A stretch of DNA of 64,000 nt from Octopus sinensis (taxonomy: Eukaryota): positions 16,430,001 to 16,494,000 of the forward strand of contig NC_043021.1 of the NCBI RefSeq assembly GCF_006345805.1. The letters run 5' to 3'. Each line of letters starts with the position of its first letter. Position 1 is the stretch's first letter. Shown one piece after another: positions 39,453-52,823 of this stretch. The notes beneath the pieces were generated by a model. That model was not told where the DNA came from, ran no database searches, and saw only the letters and a program-made list of their open reading frames with translations. A program made the position numbers and the translations under genes.

Positions 39453-39840
39453 GGTGCAGGCATGGCTGTGCAGTAAGAAACTTGCTTCCTAACCACATGG
39501 TTCCAGGTTCAGTCCCACTGCGTGGCACCTTGGGCAAGAGTCTTCTACTATAGCCTCAGGCCAACCAAAGCCTTGAGAGTGGATTTTGTAGTTGGAAACT
39601 GAAAGAAGCCCATATATATAGATGTGTGTGTGTGTGTGTGTGTGTTTGTCCCCCCCCCCACCATCACTTCACAACCAGTTTTGGTGTGTTTACATCCCCA
39701 TAACTTAGCAGTTCGGCAAAAGAGTCTGATAGAATAAGTACTAGGCTTACAAAGAATAAGTCCTGGGGTCACTTTGTTCAACTAAAGGCGGTACTCCAGC
39801 ATGGCCACAGTCAAATGACTGAAACAAATAAAATAAAGAA
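39453..39840 (+). mobile_element. SINE family A
   Basis: Full head to tail. Confidence 0.85.
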
Positions 39841-40085
39841 TATAAGACTTTAGCTGAAGTTACCGCCAGTGTCATGCAGTGGAATCGAACCTGGAATCCT
39901 ATGGATGTAAAGCAAACTTTTTAGCCACATGGCTATGTTTGTACCTGGCTTTTTCTTTGCTAAACTCCAGCATCTTCCTAGAGACACCAATGGGAAGTGG
40001 CCCTGTTTGCCTCCAGCACAAGGGTGGATGGTGGAGACAAAGATAGAGGTGAGGTGTTTATTTAGTCTTGCAAATTCTCTTGTAG

Positions 40086-40335
40086 TGGGGGCTCGTGGCT
40101 TAGTGGTTAGGGTGTCAGCATCATGATCGTAAGATTGTGGTTTCGATTCCTGGACCGGGTGATGCGTTGTGTTCTTGAGCAAAATGCTTCATTTCACGTT
40201 ACTCCAGTCCACTCAGCTGGCAAAAATGAGTAATGCTGTGATGGACTGGCGTCCCGTTCAGCTGGGGAATACCTATGCCATAGAAACCAGGAAACCGGGG
40301 CCCATGAGCCTGGCTAGGCTTTAAAAGGGCGCATT
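40086..40335 (+). mobile_element. tRNA-derived SINE with a V-domain-like core (gatggactggcgtcccgttcag)
   Basis: A box TGGCTTAGTGG, B box GGTTTCGATTCC; V-SINE resemblance is from memory. Confidence 0.65.
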
Positions 40336-41139
40336 TATTTATTTTAAATTCTCTTGTACCATTCTTTCAGTTTTGCAACCTTCATCTATCCGAATGTTAA
40401 TGAATGTTAATGACCGTTATGGATTGAGGTGAAGTGGTGGTGGTGGTGGTGGTGGAGGAATCTATAGGGGCAGTAGGCGGAGAAGGGATGAAGGGGAGAT
40501 TAGGAAATGAGAGGGGTGGCAGGTAGAGGAGTAGTGCGAGGAGGAGGAGGAGCAACAAGTGATAAAGTAAAGTGAGGGAGATTAGGAAGTGAGGGAAGGG
40601 GGAGGAGAGCAACAGGTGGAGGCATGATAGAAGTGTGGTGGTGGTGGTGGTGGTGGTGGTGGTGGTGGTGGGGAAAGAACAGCTGGTAGAAAAGCCATGA
40701 GAGGGGGTGGGGGAAGCAACAGGTGGAGAAGTAATGGGAGGAGAGGGAGATAAGGAATTGAGAGGAAGGTGCAGTAAAAGCTTAAGAGGACTGTAGGAAA
40801 GGAAAGCGATCTGTATGGGTGGTGGTGGTGGTGGGAGGTAGAAGTATTGTTAAGCCACCTTCCTCCCCCCCCTCCTGGTCAGTGACTAAATATACTCTGA
40901 CACAGTATTTATTCGATGTTGTAATTTCCACAAATAATTACTACAATTTTTGCATGTTTGAAAATTGCTGGCCACTTAACAGAATAATCACCACCCCCAC
41001 ATCTACCATCCCCACAAAAAAACAAAAAAATAAAAAATAAAGCCGGAAAATAGCATGATCACCTTTCTCCCCTCCTTGAAAAATAGAAGCTCCCGTTTAC
41101 TATATTATACCATATAATGCAACCGATCTCTCCCTCCCT

Positions 41140-41178
<39 letters not shown>

Positions 41179-41596
41179 TATTTTTGTGTTGCTGCCACTT
41201 CTGAAGTTACCAAAAGCAGGGAGGCATTGAAATCTCCTTTTGACCTTTAAAAAAAAATTTTGTTTATCCACAAAGTGTCTCTTGGTCAAATCCATGTGGA
41301 AATTTATTGAACACACAGACACACACACACACACACAAACATGTACACATACACATGTACGCATATCTACATGTACTTATACTTGCACATACATACCTAT
41401 GTACGCACTGCATGTACACACACAATGTATACACACATATACACACACACATTCTTCAGTAGCTGTTCCCAACAGCAACTCCTAAGGCTGCATGTGGCCC
41501 TCAAGCATCCTCCGGGTAGCCCCCCCTGACAGCCTTCCCTTTATAAATATAATTTTTCTTTGATGTTTTACTTTTTTTTAGTGTTTAATATCCACA

Positions 41597-41767
41597 GGCG
41601 CAGGAGTGGCTGTGTGGTAAGTAGCTTGCTAACCAACCACATGGTTCCGGGTTCAGTCCCACTGCGTGGCATCTTGGGCAAGTGTCTTCTGCTATAGCCC
41701 CAGGCCGACCAATGCCTTGTGAGTGGATTTGGTAGACGGAAACTGAAAGAAGCCTGTCGTATATATG

Positions 41768-41800
<33 letters not shown>

Positions 41801-42002
41801 CTGTGTTTGTCCCCCTAGCATTGCTTGACAACCGCTGCTGCTGTGTTTACGTCCCCGTCAATTAGCAGTTCGGCAAAAGAGACCAATAGAATAAGTACTG
41901 GGCTTACAAAGAATAAGTCCCGGGATCGATTTGCTCGACTAAAGGCGGTGCTCCAGCATGGCCGCAGTCAAATGACTGAAACAAGTAAAAGAGTAAAAGA
42001 GT
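41597..42002 (+). mobile_element. SINE family A, young full-length copy
   Basis: CpGs intact, AAAAGAGT tail. Confidence 0.9.
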
Positions 42003-43104
42003 ATACATATATATATTGTAGTATTAAACAAAATACAGAAAGCATGCATGGTATTCTTTATAAAACAGACAAGCAATTTGACAAATTTACTGCCAGAATT
42101 ACATAATTGATTTCTGAAACCTTATATAATCTCATTAGATTACCTCTCCAGAGTTTCATATATTTTTATGAAGGTGCAGCAGTGGCTGTGTGGTAAGTAG
42201 TTTGCTTACCAACCACATAGTTCCGGGTTCAGTCCCACTGTGTGGCACCTTGGACAAGTGTCTTCTACTATAGCCTCAGGCTGACCAAAGCTTTGTGAGT
42301 GGATTTGGTAGACAGAGACTGAAAGAAACCTGTCGTATATATATTTGTGTGTGTGTATGTTTGTGCGTCTGTCCCCTCACCATCATTTCCCAACCTATGC
42401 TGGTGTGTTTACATCCCCGTAACTTAGCAGTCCAGCAAAATTGACCAAGATGTATGTCGTTTTTGTGTCCTCTCCATTTTCTTATTTGCTGTATAAATTA
42501 AGGGTAAACCCCTTTTTACCCCCACCAATATATAGCACTCAATTGTGAGATTACTAATGGGATGTTCTTTGATTGTAGCTCTTTGTTGGATCAGGGTTAA
42601 GACAGAGATAAGCGACGACAAAACCACTGGTTACCTAGCAATTGTGCAATAATGCAACAGCCTGCAAAAAAAAAAAACTGAAAGTTTTTTCGACTTCTCT
42701 CAAATCTAAAAATACTGTAGACAATTTACTAAACATTCTTTTTAATGTCAACGTTCGATTGTCACAGCTTGTCCATGCTAAAGTTGTGGCAAGCTCAATT
42801 TACTGTGTTAGATTAGAAGCTAGATAAGATATTATCACCATTCATGTTTTAATGCCTACTTTTTCATGCTAGCATGGGTCGGATGGAGTTCAGAGTTTAT
42901 TGAGGCAGGTTTTCTATGGCTGGATACCTTTCCTGTCGCCAACCTTCACCTGTCTCTGATAAGGCAATATTTCCCCCATGGGCAGATACATTTTCACAGA
43001 ATATTGGAAATGAATGACACTGCTTGTATGACAGTGATACTCATTTACGACTATCACACAATGTTAGTACAAGGAGATACACACACACACACACTATATA
43101 CACT

Positions 43105-43432
43105 GGCATGAGGGCCAGTCAGGCTGTACCGGCATTGACCACGCTTGAATGGTGCTTTTTATGTGCCACTGACTGGCCCCTGTGCCGGTGACACGTAAAA
43201 AGCGCCATTCAAGCGTGGTTGATGCCAGTACCACCTGACTGGCCCTCGTGCCAGTGGCACGTAAAAAGCACCTACTACACTCTTGGAGTGGTTGGCGTTA
43301 GGAAGGGCATCCAGCTGTAGAAACCTTGCCAGATCAGATTGGAGCCTGGTGCAACTTCTGGCTTGCCAGCTCTCAGTTGAACTGTCCAACCCATGCCAGC
43401 ATGGAAAGTAAGCGTTAAATGATGATGATGAT
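43105..43432 (+). mobile_element. SINE family D
   Basis: Core and atgatgatg tail. Confidence 0.8.
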
Positions 43433-43540
43433 ACATATATGTATATATTTCGTTGGTAAAGCATAAATCTGAAAAAAAAGCAGTCTAAGTTATATAGCAG
43501 TATATAATATAATTAATAAAGTTAGATAAGGCTAGATGCA

Positions 43541-43761
43541 GGGTTTCATGTCCATAAAACATTTACCTTTACAGCGTATCATCAGATCCCAAAACCTGTT
43601 GGCTTAAGGCCTCTCTAGCAAGTGGCCTCTCAAGAATATGGAGGAGGAAAGGTCCTTTCCTCTTCCATATTCTAGAGAGGCCTTAAGCCAACAGGTTTTG
43701 GGATCTGATGATACACTGTAAAGCTAAACGCTTTAAGGACGTGAAACCCAGTGTAATTCCA
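43541..43761 (+). mobile_element. Foldback element with a canonical-core hammerhead-like motif (43699-43761)
   Basis: Inverted arms 43541-43618 and 43672-43749 plus an inner hairpin. TGGGAT-CTGATGA-T-ACA...CGT-GAAAC-CCAGT-GTA-ATTCCA. Confidence 0.6.
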
Positions 43762-43903
43762 TTGGAACCCTCGTTGTTGTAACCGACAGTGTGCCATAGT
43801 AATATGTGTGTGTGTGGACTTCTTTCAGTTTCTGTCTATCACATCTCACAAGGCTTTGTGCTACAGATTCGTAGATAGGACTCTTTTCTTTGAGAGTCTA
43901 ACA

Positions 43904-44122
43904 CAGTGCTTTTCAAACTTTTTGTTGGAGCAGAACCCCAAGGAAACATTCCACTGGCTCGAGGAACCCCTGTGCAATAATTTAACAGTTTTATGCACAC
44001 ATATCTGCACAGGAGAATTAAAAATTACTGTCGATTTTAGCAGTTTTGTAACTTCTTGTGGAACCCCTGGACTGTACTGGCGGAATCCTAAGGTTCCGCG
44101 GAACCCTGGTTGAAAACCACTG
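43904..44122. mobile_element. hAT (Charlie-like) MITE
   Basis: TIRs cagtgcttttcaa and ttgaaaaccactg; perfect 8-bp TSD gtctaaca (43896-43903, 44123-44130). Confidence 0.9.
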
Positions 44123-45444
44123 GTCTAACATGTCATATGCATGTTTATAGCTACCCCACCCCTTAGAACAAAATACAGACTGGAAACAATTCAACCTGCC
44201 AAGTCAATGAGAGAGTCTATATGCGATCGCGTGACCGTCTAAAAATAGCAGTCGAATCTCCATCAAATTACTTGATGCTGCAAGGCTGTATGTATTTGGA
44301 TGGTTATTTCTAGATATATTATGTCTGAATGGCAGACAGAATGGTCGTAGCTGGAATTGTGTTGTTAAGTCTGTCTGATCAGAGCTGACCTAATCAACAA
44401 CTTTAGTGTGCAGACTTAATACCTTATCATCTCGCCCAGTTGCAACATTCACACTCACACACAAACAAATTCGCAGCTTCGCCTACACATACAGGCACGG
44501 CAATATATATCTGGATGTGTGTGATATCATTTATTTTATTACTCATTCAGCTGTCTCAGATCAGGTGTGTTTGATATTCGTTAATCTTCATATCGCTATT
44601 CTCCGTTATTGCATCCAGAACGGAAAAAGAAATCAATACATTCAGGACTAATTAAAGCGTTCGTTATTGATGAAAGCAATGTTGTAAAATAGGTAAAGAG
44701 AGTACTGCTGAGCTCTGCAGGATATAAAGTTGCTGGTAAACGAAGCTGGTTTCAAGCCATCACTACGCTACTAATTCATGAATTCCATGGGGTGGTAAAA
44801 TCATTATAGTAACTTGTATTTCACCATTTACACTGGAGTCATGGAAGATGGTTAGTCTCACTTCAGATCATGAATAGTCAAGTGTCTTACTATCATTTTA
44901 GGAGTGGCAGTGTGGTAAGTAGCTTGTTTACCCACCACATGGTTCCGGGTTCAGTCCCATTGCGTTATAGGGTTTGGTCAAACCCTTATAGGGTTTGGTC
45001 AAACAAAGTGACTCCAGTACTCATTTTTTTTAAAGTCTGGTACTTATTCTATTGGTCTCTTTTACCAAACTGCTAAGTTACAGGGATGTAAAGAAATAAA
45101 GACCAGTTATCAAGCTGTGGTGGGGAGCAAACACAAATGCACACACAATGGGCTTCTTTCAGTTTCTATCAACCAAATCCGCCCACAAGGCTTTGGTTGG
45201 CCCACAGCTATAGAAAACACTTGCCTAAGCTGCTGTACATTGGAACTGAACCTGGAACCATGTGGTTGGGAAGCAAACTTCATACTACACAGCCATGCCT
45301 GTCATTATATAAAAAAAAAGCACCCAGTACACTCTGTAAAGTGGTTGGCATTAGGAAGGGCATCCAGCCATAGAGACCATGCTAAATCTAGTAACTGTCC
45401 AACCCATGCCAGCATGGACAACGGACGTTAAATGATGACACATA

Positions 45445-45645
45445 CTCTTTTACTCGTTTCAGTCATTTGACTGTGGCCATGCTGGAGTACCGCCTTTAGT
45501 CGAGCAAATCGACCCCAGGACTTATTCTTTGTAAGCTTAATACTTATTCTATCAGTGTCTTTTGCTGAACCGCTAAGTTACAGTGATACAAACACACCAG
45601 CATCAGTTGTCAAGCGATGTTGGGGGGACAAACACAGACACACAA

Positions 45646-45691
<46 letters not shown>

Positions 45692-45858
45692 GTGTATATA
45701 CGACAGGCTTCTTTCAGTTTCCATCTACCAAATCCACTCATAAGGCTTTGGTCGACCCGTGGCTATAGTAAAAGACACTTGCCCAAAGTGCCACGCAATG
45801 GGACTGAACCCGGAACCATGTGGTTGGTAAGCAAGCTACTTACCACACTGCCACTCCT
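45445..45858 (-). mobile_element. SINE family A
   Basis: Full length; an adjacent older copy lies at 45000-45300. Confidence 0.85.
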
Positions 45859-45931
45859 AAAATGATAGTAACATGACTGAAATCAGTAACAAGGAAAACA
45901 CATAAACACCTAATACCTATATGTATGCATA

Positions 45932-46010
<79 letters not shown>

Positions 46011-46094
46011 GCGTGTGTGTATGTATATGTGCGTATATGTGTGTATATATTTGTGTGTGTATATGTATATGTGCGTATTATGTGTGTATATATT

Positions 46095-46134
<40 letters not shown>

Positions 46135-46138
<4 letters not shown>

Positions 46139-46260
46139 GTTGAAATTTATAGAAAAAACAAAAGACGAAGACAGGTGTATGAACAACAAGCAAGTGTATT
46201 AGTCTTTTACGTTTCGAGCCTATGCTCTTCAACAGAAAGGAGTAATAAGAAATAAAGAGA
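46135..46260 (-). mobile_element. Hammerhead-motif repeat, copy 4 (motif 46203-46239)
   Basis: Minus strand reads CTTT-CTGTTGA-A-GAGC-ATAG-GCTC-GAAA-CGTA-AAAG. Confidence 0.6.
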
Positions 46261-46957
46261 GAGAGAGAATATACTCATGCATGCACACACACTCTCAAAT
46301 GTATAAAAACCTACATACACAGGTCATAAAATAGATTGATAATTTTTTTCATTAATTATCTGTTGTATTAGTCATTTATGATTTAGTATGCCTTATCATT
46401 TCCTTCATTGTTTTTCTGGTCTGTCATTAGACTGTGGCCATACTGGAGCATGATTCTTAAGGGTACTACTGATTATGTTGACCCTGATGCATTGCATGGT
46501 GCCTATTTTACCGACTTTGGAAGGTGGGGCAAAGGTAAGGCCAACCAGGGCAGGATAGGACTTCAATTCAAAATGCCAAATGAAATAACCAAACACCACA
46601 AGGTGTTCTGTGAAGTGCTCTACTGATTCTGTCAGTAAATATACACAAATGCAGGTATAGCTGTGTGGGAAGGAATTTGGCTCCTAATCACACGGTTCTG
46701 GTAGAGGAGCAAACTTGCCCAAGGTCCCACTGTGTGGCGCCTGGGACAAATACCTTCTATAGCCCTGGACTGACTTAAGCCTTGTGAGTGGATTTGGCAG
46801 ATGGAAACTGAAAGAAGCCTATTATGCGTATATGCATAAGTTTGTTGAGGCTGATTTACTGTAACTGGATGTTCTTTCTGTAGCCAACGCTCAGTTGTTT
46901 CCAACCAAGGTGATACACTTTGAGTCCCTTGAACGCAAACAGTATGGAAATATACTT

Positions 46958-47182
46958 CTTTACTACCCACAAGGGGCTAAACACAGAGAGGACAAACAAG
47001 GACGGACAAAGGGATTAAGTCGATTACATTGACCCCAGTGCGTAACTGGTACTTAATTTATCGACCCCGAAAGGATGAAAGGTAAAGTCGACCTCGACTG
47101 AATTTGAACTCAGAACGTAACAGCAGACGAAATACGGCTACGCATTTCGCCCGGCATGCTAACGTTTCTGCCAGCTCGCCGT
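46958..47182 (-). mobile_element. SINE family B
   Basis: Full length. Confidence 0.85.
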
Positions 47183-47514
47183 CTTCAACAGTATGGAAAT
47201 AGTTGTACATGTTATAATGGAAGATTGTTAGCAAACAACATTGCTTGTATAATGGAGAGCCTTGTTTACAATTAGTGTGTGATTTCAGAACAGATACACA
47301 CACACTCACATATGCATGTTTGTGTGTTGGTGCTATGTAAAAAGCACCCAGTCTGTTCTGTAAAATGGTTGGCATTAGGAAAGGCATCCAGCTGTAGAAA
47401 CCCATGCCAAAGGGGAGAGCAGAGCTTGGTGCTGTCCTCTGGCTTACCAGCTCCTGTCGAACCATCCAACCCATACCAGCATGGAAGATGGCTGTTAAAT
47501 GATGATGATGGGCT

Positions 47515-47972
47515 CTTATTTCTTTACTGCCCACAGGGGGCTACACGCAGAGGGGACAAACAGACGAACAGATTAAGTTGATTAGATCGACCCCAGTGCA
47601 TCACTGGTACTTAATTTATCGACCCCGAAAGGATGAAAGGCAAAAGTCGGCCTCGGCGGAATTTGAACTCAGAACATAAAAACAGACAGAATACCTATTT
47701 CTTTACTACCCACATGGGGCTACACACAGAGGGGACAAACAAGGACAGACAAACGGATTAAGTCGATTATATCAACCCCAGTGCTTAACGGACAAACAAG
47801 GACAGACAAATGGATTAAGTTGATTATATTGACCCCAGTTCTTAACTTGTACTTATTTTATTAACCCCGAAAGGATGAAAGGCAAAGTCGACCTCAGCGG
47901 AGTTTGAACTCAGAACGTAAAGACAGACGAAATACTGCTAAGCATTTCACCCGGTGTGCTAACGTTTCTGCC
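47515..47972 (-). mobile_element. Nested/tandem SINE family B copies
   Basis: Two heads and repeated tails. Confidence 0.8.
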
Positions 47973-48884
47973 AGCTTGCCACTTCATTCCTTTCTGTTTC
48001 TGTCTATCAAAGCCACTCACAAGGCTCTCGTTGGCCTGGATCTGTTTTAGAAGTGTCTTCTACCGCTGTATGCTACGTGGTGCTGAAATCTACTTCTCAA
48101 CCACACAGCCATCCCTACTTACACATACACACACATTTATATACAGACACCCATTTACACGTACGTGTGTGTACAAGTGTGCACGTGACACAATCTCCTG
48201 TTGACATATTCTGCATATCTAATTGGATTCATTGAATACTCAGCAAATACCTTCTGTTCAGAATATATAATTTCTTTTATATTGATTTAGAGCAGAACAT
48301 CTATTTTTTTTTTCTTTTTAGCTTCAGTTGATGGGTCGATGGTTGTTTGATCAAATACTGTAAGACCTCACTTATATAATATAGTGAGTCGAAAAGCCTC
48401 AATCTACACGGGGGTGTTTAACTGTTAAAAAACAAGAAGGGTAGTAACTCCATTAAGCTCAGTTGATTGAAATGTTTGTACATTATGGACCAGTGGCTCC
48501 AAATCGATTTTCACCAACAGACCTTTTTGGTTCCTATCTTTGTGTGGACCCTCAGACCCATTCAATGTTTAAAAAATCCTATTATATTTTAATAATTAAA
48601 TATTATTAGGAATTGTGCAACTAACAACATCCAGCCTATCACACCTACCCTACAATGTCATTCTGAAAATAACAATTATATCATTGAAATCTCAAAGCTG
48701 CAAGATAATGCATGATTAATTCAAAACAATGTGAATAAATAAGCTTTACATTTGACAGAGTAATCTGAATTCTAAAGGGTTAAATCTCCTCTACAAAACC
48801 ATTTCTATTTGCTTGGCAAGACACTTTGTTTCTTTCACCAACTCACTTTAAGGCCAGATCCATCTTGTTCTGTATGTATTACTC

Positions 48885-49102
48885 TGTTACTTGTTTCAGT
48901 CCAGTGTTTGGACTGTGGCCATGCTAGAGCGCCACCTTAAAGGGGTTTAATCGAACAAATCGACCCCAGGACTTCTCCTTTTTTGTAAGCCCAATACTTA
49001 CTCTATTGATCACTTTTGCCAAACCACTAACTTACAGGGACGTAAACACACCAACATCGGTCGTCAAGCGATGGTTGAGGGACAAACACAGACAGAAATA
49101 CA

Positions 49103-49156
<54 letters not shown>

Positions 49157-49320
49157 GGACGGTTCTTTTTTCAGTTTCTGTCTACCAAATCCAACCACAA
49201 GGCTTTTGATTGACCCAAGGCTATTGTAGAAAACACTTGCCGAAGGTGCCATGCAGTGGGACTGAACCTGGAACCATGTGGTTGGGAAGCAAGCTTCTTA
49301 CCACACAGCCACATCGGTGC
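48885..49320 (-). mobile_element. SINE family A
   Basis: Moderately diverged full-length copy. Confidence 0.8.
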
Positions 49321-50843
49321 CTCTTGTTGATTAGCTAACTGATGTTAAATGTTATCTCTCTCGGTTGTTTTTAGATTTTAGATTTCCCCTTGAGGGAGTT
49401 TTCGTCTGTTAAATGTGTGGAGGTATGGGCTTTGTGGTTAAGAAGCTCACTTTGTAACTATGTGCTCTATTCTCCTCTCTCCGTGCCACTGATATTGTCC
49501 AAGGGAAAGCCCGAGGCCAATACAGCTTGGCACAAGTGACATCGCAACTCATTTCTACATTTGAGTGAACTGGGGCAACGTGAAATAAAGCGTCTTGCTC
49601 AAGAACACCACACACAGCCCAGTCTAAGAATCAAACTTACTACCTCACAATTGTAAGTCTGATACACTAACCACTGAGCCATGCACTCCTCTCTCTCTCT
49701 CACACACGCACACATTGTTTGTGTGTATTCAGTATATCACTACATCCATTAGAAATAGCAGCCAAGTTTCCCTTAAATCACTAGACAATATCATAAACAA
49801 AGAAGACTCTTTAGATAAGGCATTCCTACGTACTGGAAAGCCTTTGATTGTAAGGTTTGCTCAGCAAAGATTGACCTAGGGCTAAATGGCAACAGCCAGA
49901 GAAAAAGAGGTGTATGGGTGTGTATACATGTGTGTGATATGAATACATGAACTTGATTACAAACCCAGAACTAAGGCTGTGAACAGTCAGCATAATGATT
50001 GCCTGTAATTATCAGCAGGTTGCCAGGGAGAGAGAGAGATAGAGAGAGACAAACAGACAGACAGAGGCAATTGTCTTGCCACGGATCACAAAACAAATAG
50101 CCTGATTGTTATTCTATTACTTGGCAAGAGGGACATCAATAAATTGACAATTGAACAGGCTGGAAAGGTTCAAGATAAAAGAGACAGGAGCAACAGTTTT
50201 TTTACAACCCAGCCAAGCAGGCTCTGCATGTCAACCAGATAGACAATCAATATTAATGATAATGAGCAGGATGATAAAAGCCAGGGGTGGTAGGGGTTGA
50301 GTACTGATTATAATTAATGAAGACACACGTGTGAATTGGCTCATCAACCTGGCAACGAGGTTTTTATCTGTTCAACTGATTCCGTTCCGTCACCAATATG
50401 GTGGAAAGACAGCAATAACCCCAGGAGGTGAGGTGGGCATCTTGCCTATTAAATACGGATAAAGGAAAGGCTCTCACCCATGAAATACAGTGAGTTGGTC
50501 AACTGAGACCATCATCTATCTTTGTTCCAGTTATTGGACTGTGGCCATACTGGAACATTCAATTAAAAGATTTACTCAAACAAATCAAGATCAGTAGACT
50601 TTTTTTTTTTCAAAGTCTGGTACTTATTCTATTGGTATGTTTTGCTGAACTACTAAGTTACAGTGATGTAAACAAACCAACACTGGATGTCATATGGTCT
50701 GTGTGTGTGAAGGCATATGAATTTCTTAAAATATTCAATTTAATGTTGACTTTTGAGTTTTGCTGAGTTTTGTTTGTTTGATTTTTTTCTTTTGTTTTCT
50801 TTTTTACATTTAACTAAGTTTTGTTTTTGCTTTTATTTTCCAG

Positions 50844-50878
50844 GTCATTGTTATAGTTCACTTTATTTTGACAGTATG
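50844..50878 (+). CDS. AGTRAP: AGTRAP homolog, coding exon 2 (VIVIVHFILTVW)
   Basis: Long polypyrimidine tract ending ttttccag|, 35 nt, donor TG|gtgagt (phase 2). Aligns to human VILLGHWLLTTW. Confidence 0.9.
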
Positions 50879-51189
50879 GTGAGTAACAGCTTTTACTATC
50901 ACTAAGATAAGGTTTTCGATTTAACTTTAGCTCAAGGACACCACAAATTTGAGAAATAAAGGGAAATAGCATTTTATTTATTTATTTATTTATTTTTGTC
51001 ATATTGACCTGGTAGAAGACTACCCCAGGCTAAATCAGACAGTGTAGCCTGGGGGTAGTCTTCTGCCTGGTCAGCTCTTGTCAAACCATCCAACCCATGC
51101 CAGCATGGAAAACAGACCTTGAATGATGATGATATGTTATTAGAATCCAGAATCACAAGATGGGGGTTCCTCAAGCTGGGCTGACTCAC

Positions 51190-52650
51190 ATGGGACCTAA
51201 GGGTAGATGAGGAACAAAATGGATGGATAATATCCATAGCCTCGGTTAGGTAGGGAATCTAGCAGGAAATGGCAGTTGCTTCTTATAAGACACTATGGAG
51301 GAGACACCTGAATATTGTACCCTTTGACTGTCAGAGGACCTAAGGGTGGACCAAGAATGAGAGGGCTGGATAATGTCCATAGTCTGGGTTGGTCATGCTT
51401 GGGGATCCAGCAGTGTAATGACAGTTGCTTCTGGTAAGACCTTATGGAGGAGGTACTTGAAGACTCTACCCTTTGACTGTCAGAAGACCTAGGGGTGGAC
51501 CAAGAATGAGAGGGTTGGATAATGTCCATAGTCTGAGTTGGTCATGCTTGGGGATCCAGCAGTGTAATGACAGTTGCTTCTGGTAAGACCTTATGGAGGA
51601 GGTACTTGAAGACTCTACCCTTTGACTGTCAGGAGACCTAGGGGTGGACCAAGAATGAGAGGGCTGGATAATGTCCATAGTCTGGGTTGGTCATGCTTGG
51701 GGATCCAGCAGTGTAATGACAGTTGCTTCTGGTAAGACATTATGGAGGAGATACCTGATGACTCTACCCTTTGACTGTCAGAAGATCTAGGGGTGGACCA
51801 AGAATGAGAGGGCTGGATAATGTCCATAGTCTGGGTTGGTCATGCTTGGGGATCCAGCAGTGTAATGACAGTTGCTTCTGGTAAGACATTATGGAGGAGG
51901 TACCTGAAGACTCTACCCTTTGACTGTCAGAATACCTAGGGGTGGACCAAGAATGAGAGGGCTGGATAATGTCCATAGTCTGGGTTGGTCATGCTTGGGG
52001 ATCCAGCAGGAAAGTGTAAATACAGTTGTTTCTGGTAAGACATTATGGAGGAGGTACCTGAAGACTCTACCCTTTGACTGTCAGAAGATCTAGGGGTGGA
52101 CCAAGAATGAGAGGGCTGGATAATGTCCATAGTCTGGGTTGGTCATGCTTGGGGATCCAGCAGTGTAATGACAGTTGCTTCTGGTAAGACATTATGGAGG
52201 AGGTACCTGAAGACTCTACCCTTTGACTGTCAGAATACCTAGGGGTGGACCAAGAATGAGAGGGCTGGATAATGTCCATAGTCTGGGTTGGTCATGCTTG
52301 GGGATCCAGCAGGAAAGTGTAAATACAGTTGTTTCTGGTAAGACATTATGGAGGAGGTACCTGAAGACTCTACCCTTTGACTGGTAGAAGACCAAGGGGT
52401 GGACCAAGAATGAGAGGGTTGGATAATATCCATAGACTGAGTTGGTCATGCTTGGAGATCCAGCAGGAAAATGTAATGATGGTTGCTTCTGATAAAACAC
52501 TATGGAGGAGATAGCTGAATATTGTACCCTTTGACTGGCAGGAGGACCAGAATGAGTTGGTTGGTTAATGGCCTTAGTTTTAGTTGGTCATGTTTTGGAA
52601 TCTAACAGGAAAGTGCAATGACATTTGCTTCTATTAGGACCCTGTGGAGA
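51190..52650 (+). repeat. 149/154-bp tandem array (about 9-10 units) derived from an RTE-type LINE 3' end
   Basis: Unit reads RRSRGGPRMRGLDNVHS...CNDSCFW*DIMEEVPEDSTL, resembling the RTE-BovB C-terminus RRGRQRMRWLD...MDREAWRAAIHGVAKSRTRL (recalled). Confidence 0.8.
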
Positions 52651-52823
52651 ATTAATATTTTCCCCCCAATTTACAGTGGCAAGCTGGCAGAATCATTAGC
52701 ATGCTGGGCAAAATGCTTAGCAGCATTTCGTCCATCTTTACATTCTGAGTTCGAATTCCTTTCGGGGGTTGATAGAATAAGTACTGTCCAGTTAAATACT
52801 GCCCCCCCCCCAGTGTAATCCGT

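Noticed and set aside
51190-52650. Regular repeats resembling a CRISPR array or repeated short ORFs (MDIIQPSHSW...)
   Set aside because: Contiguous tandem units with no unique spacers, eukaryotic context; the ORFs are antisense to an RTE-derived unit.
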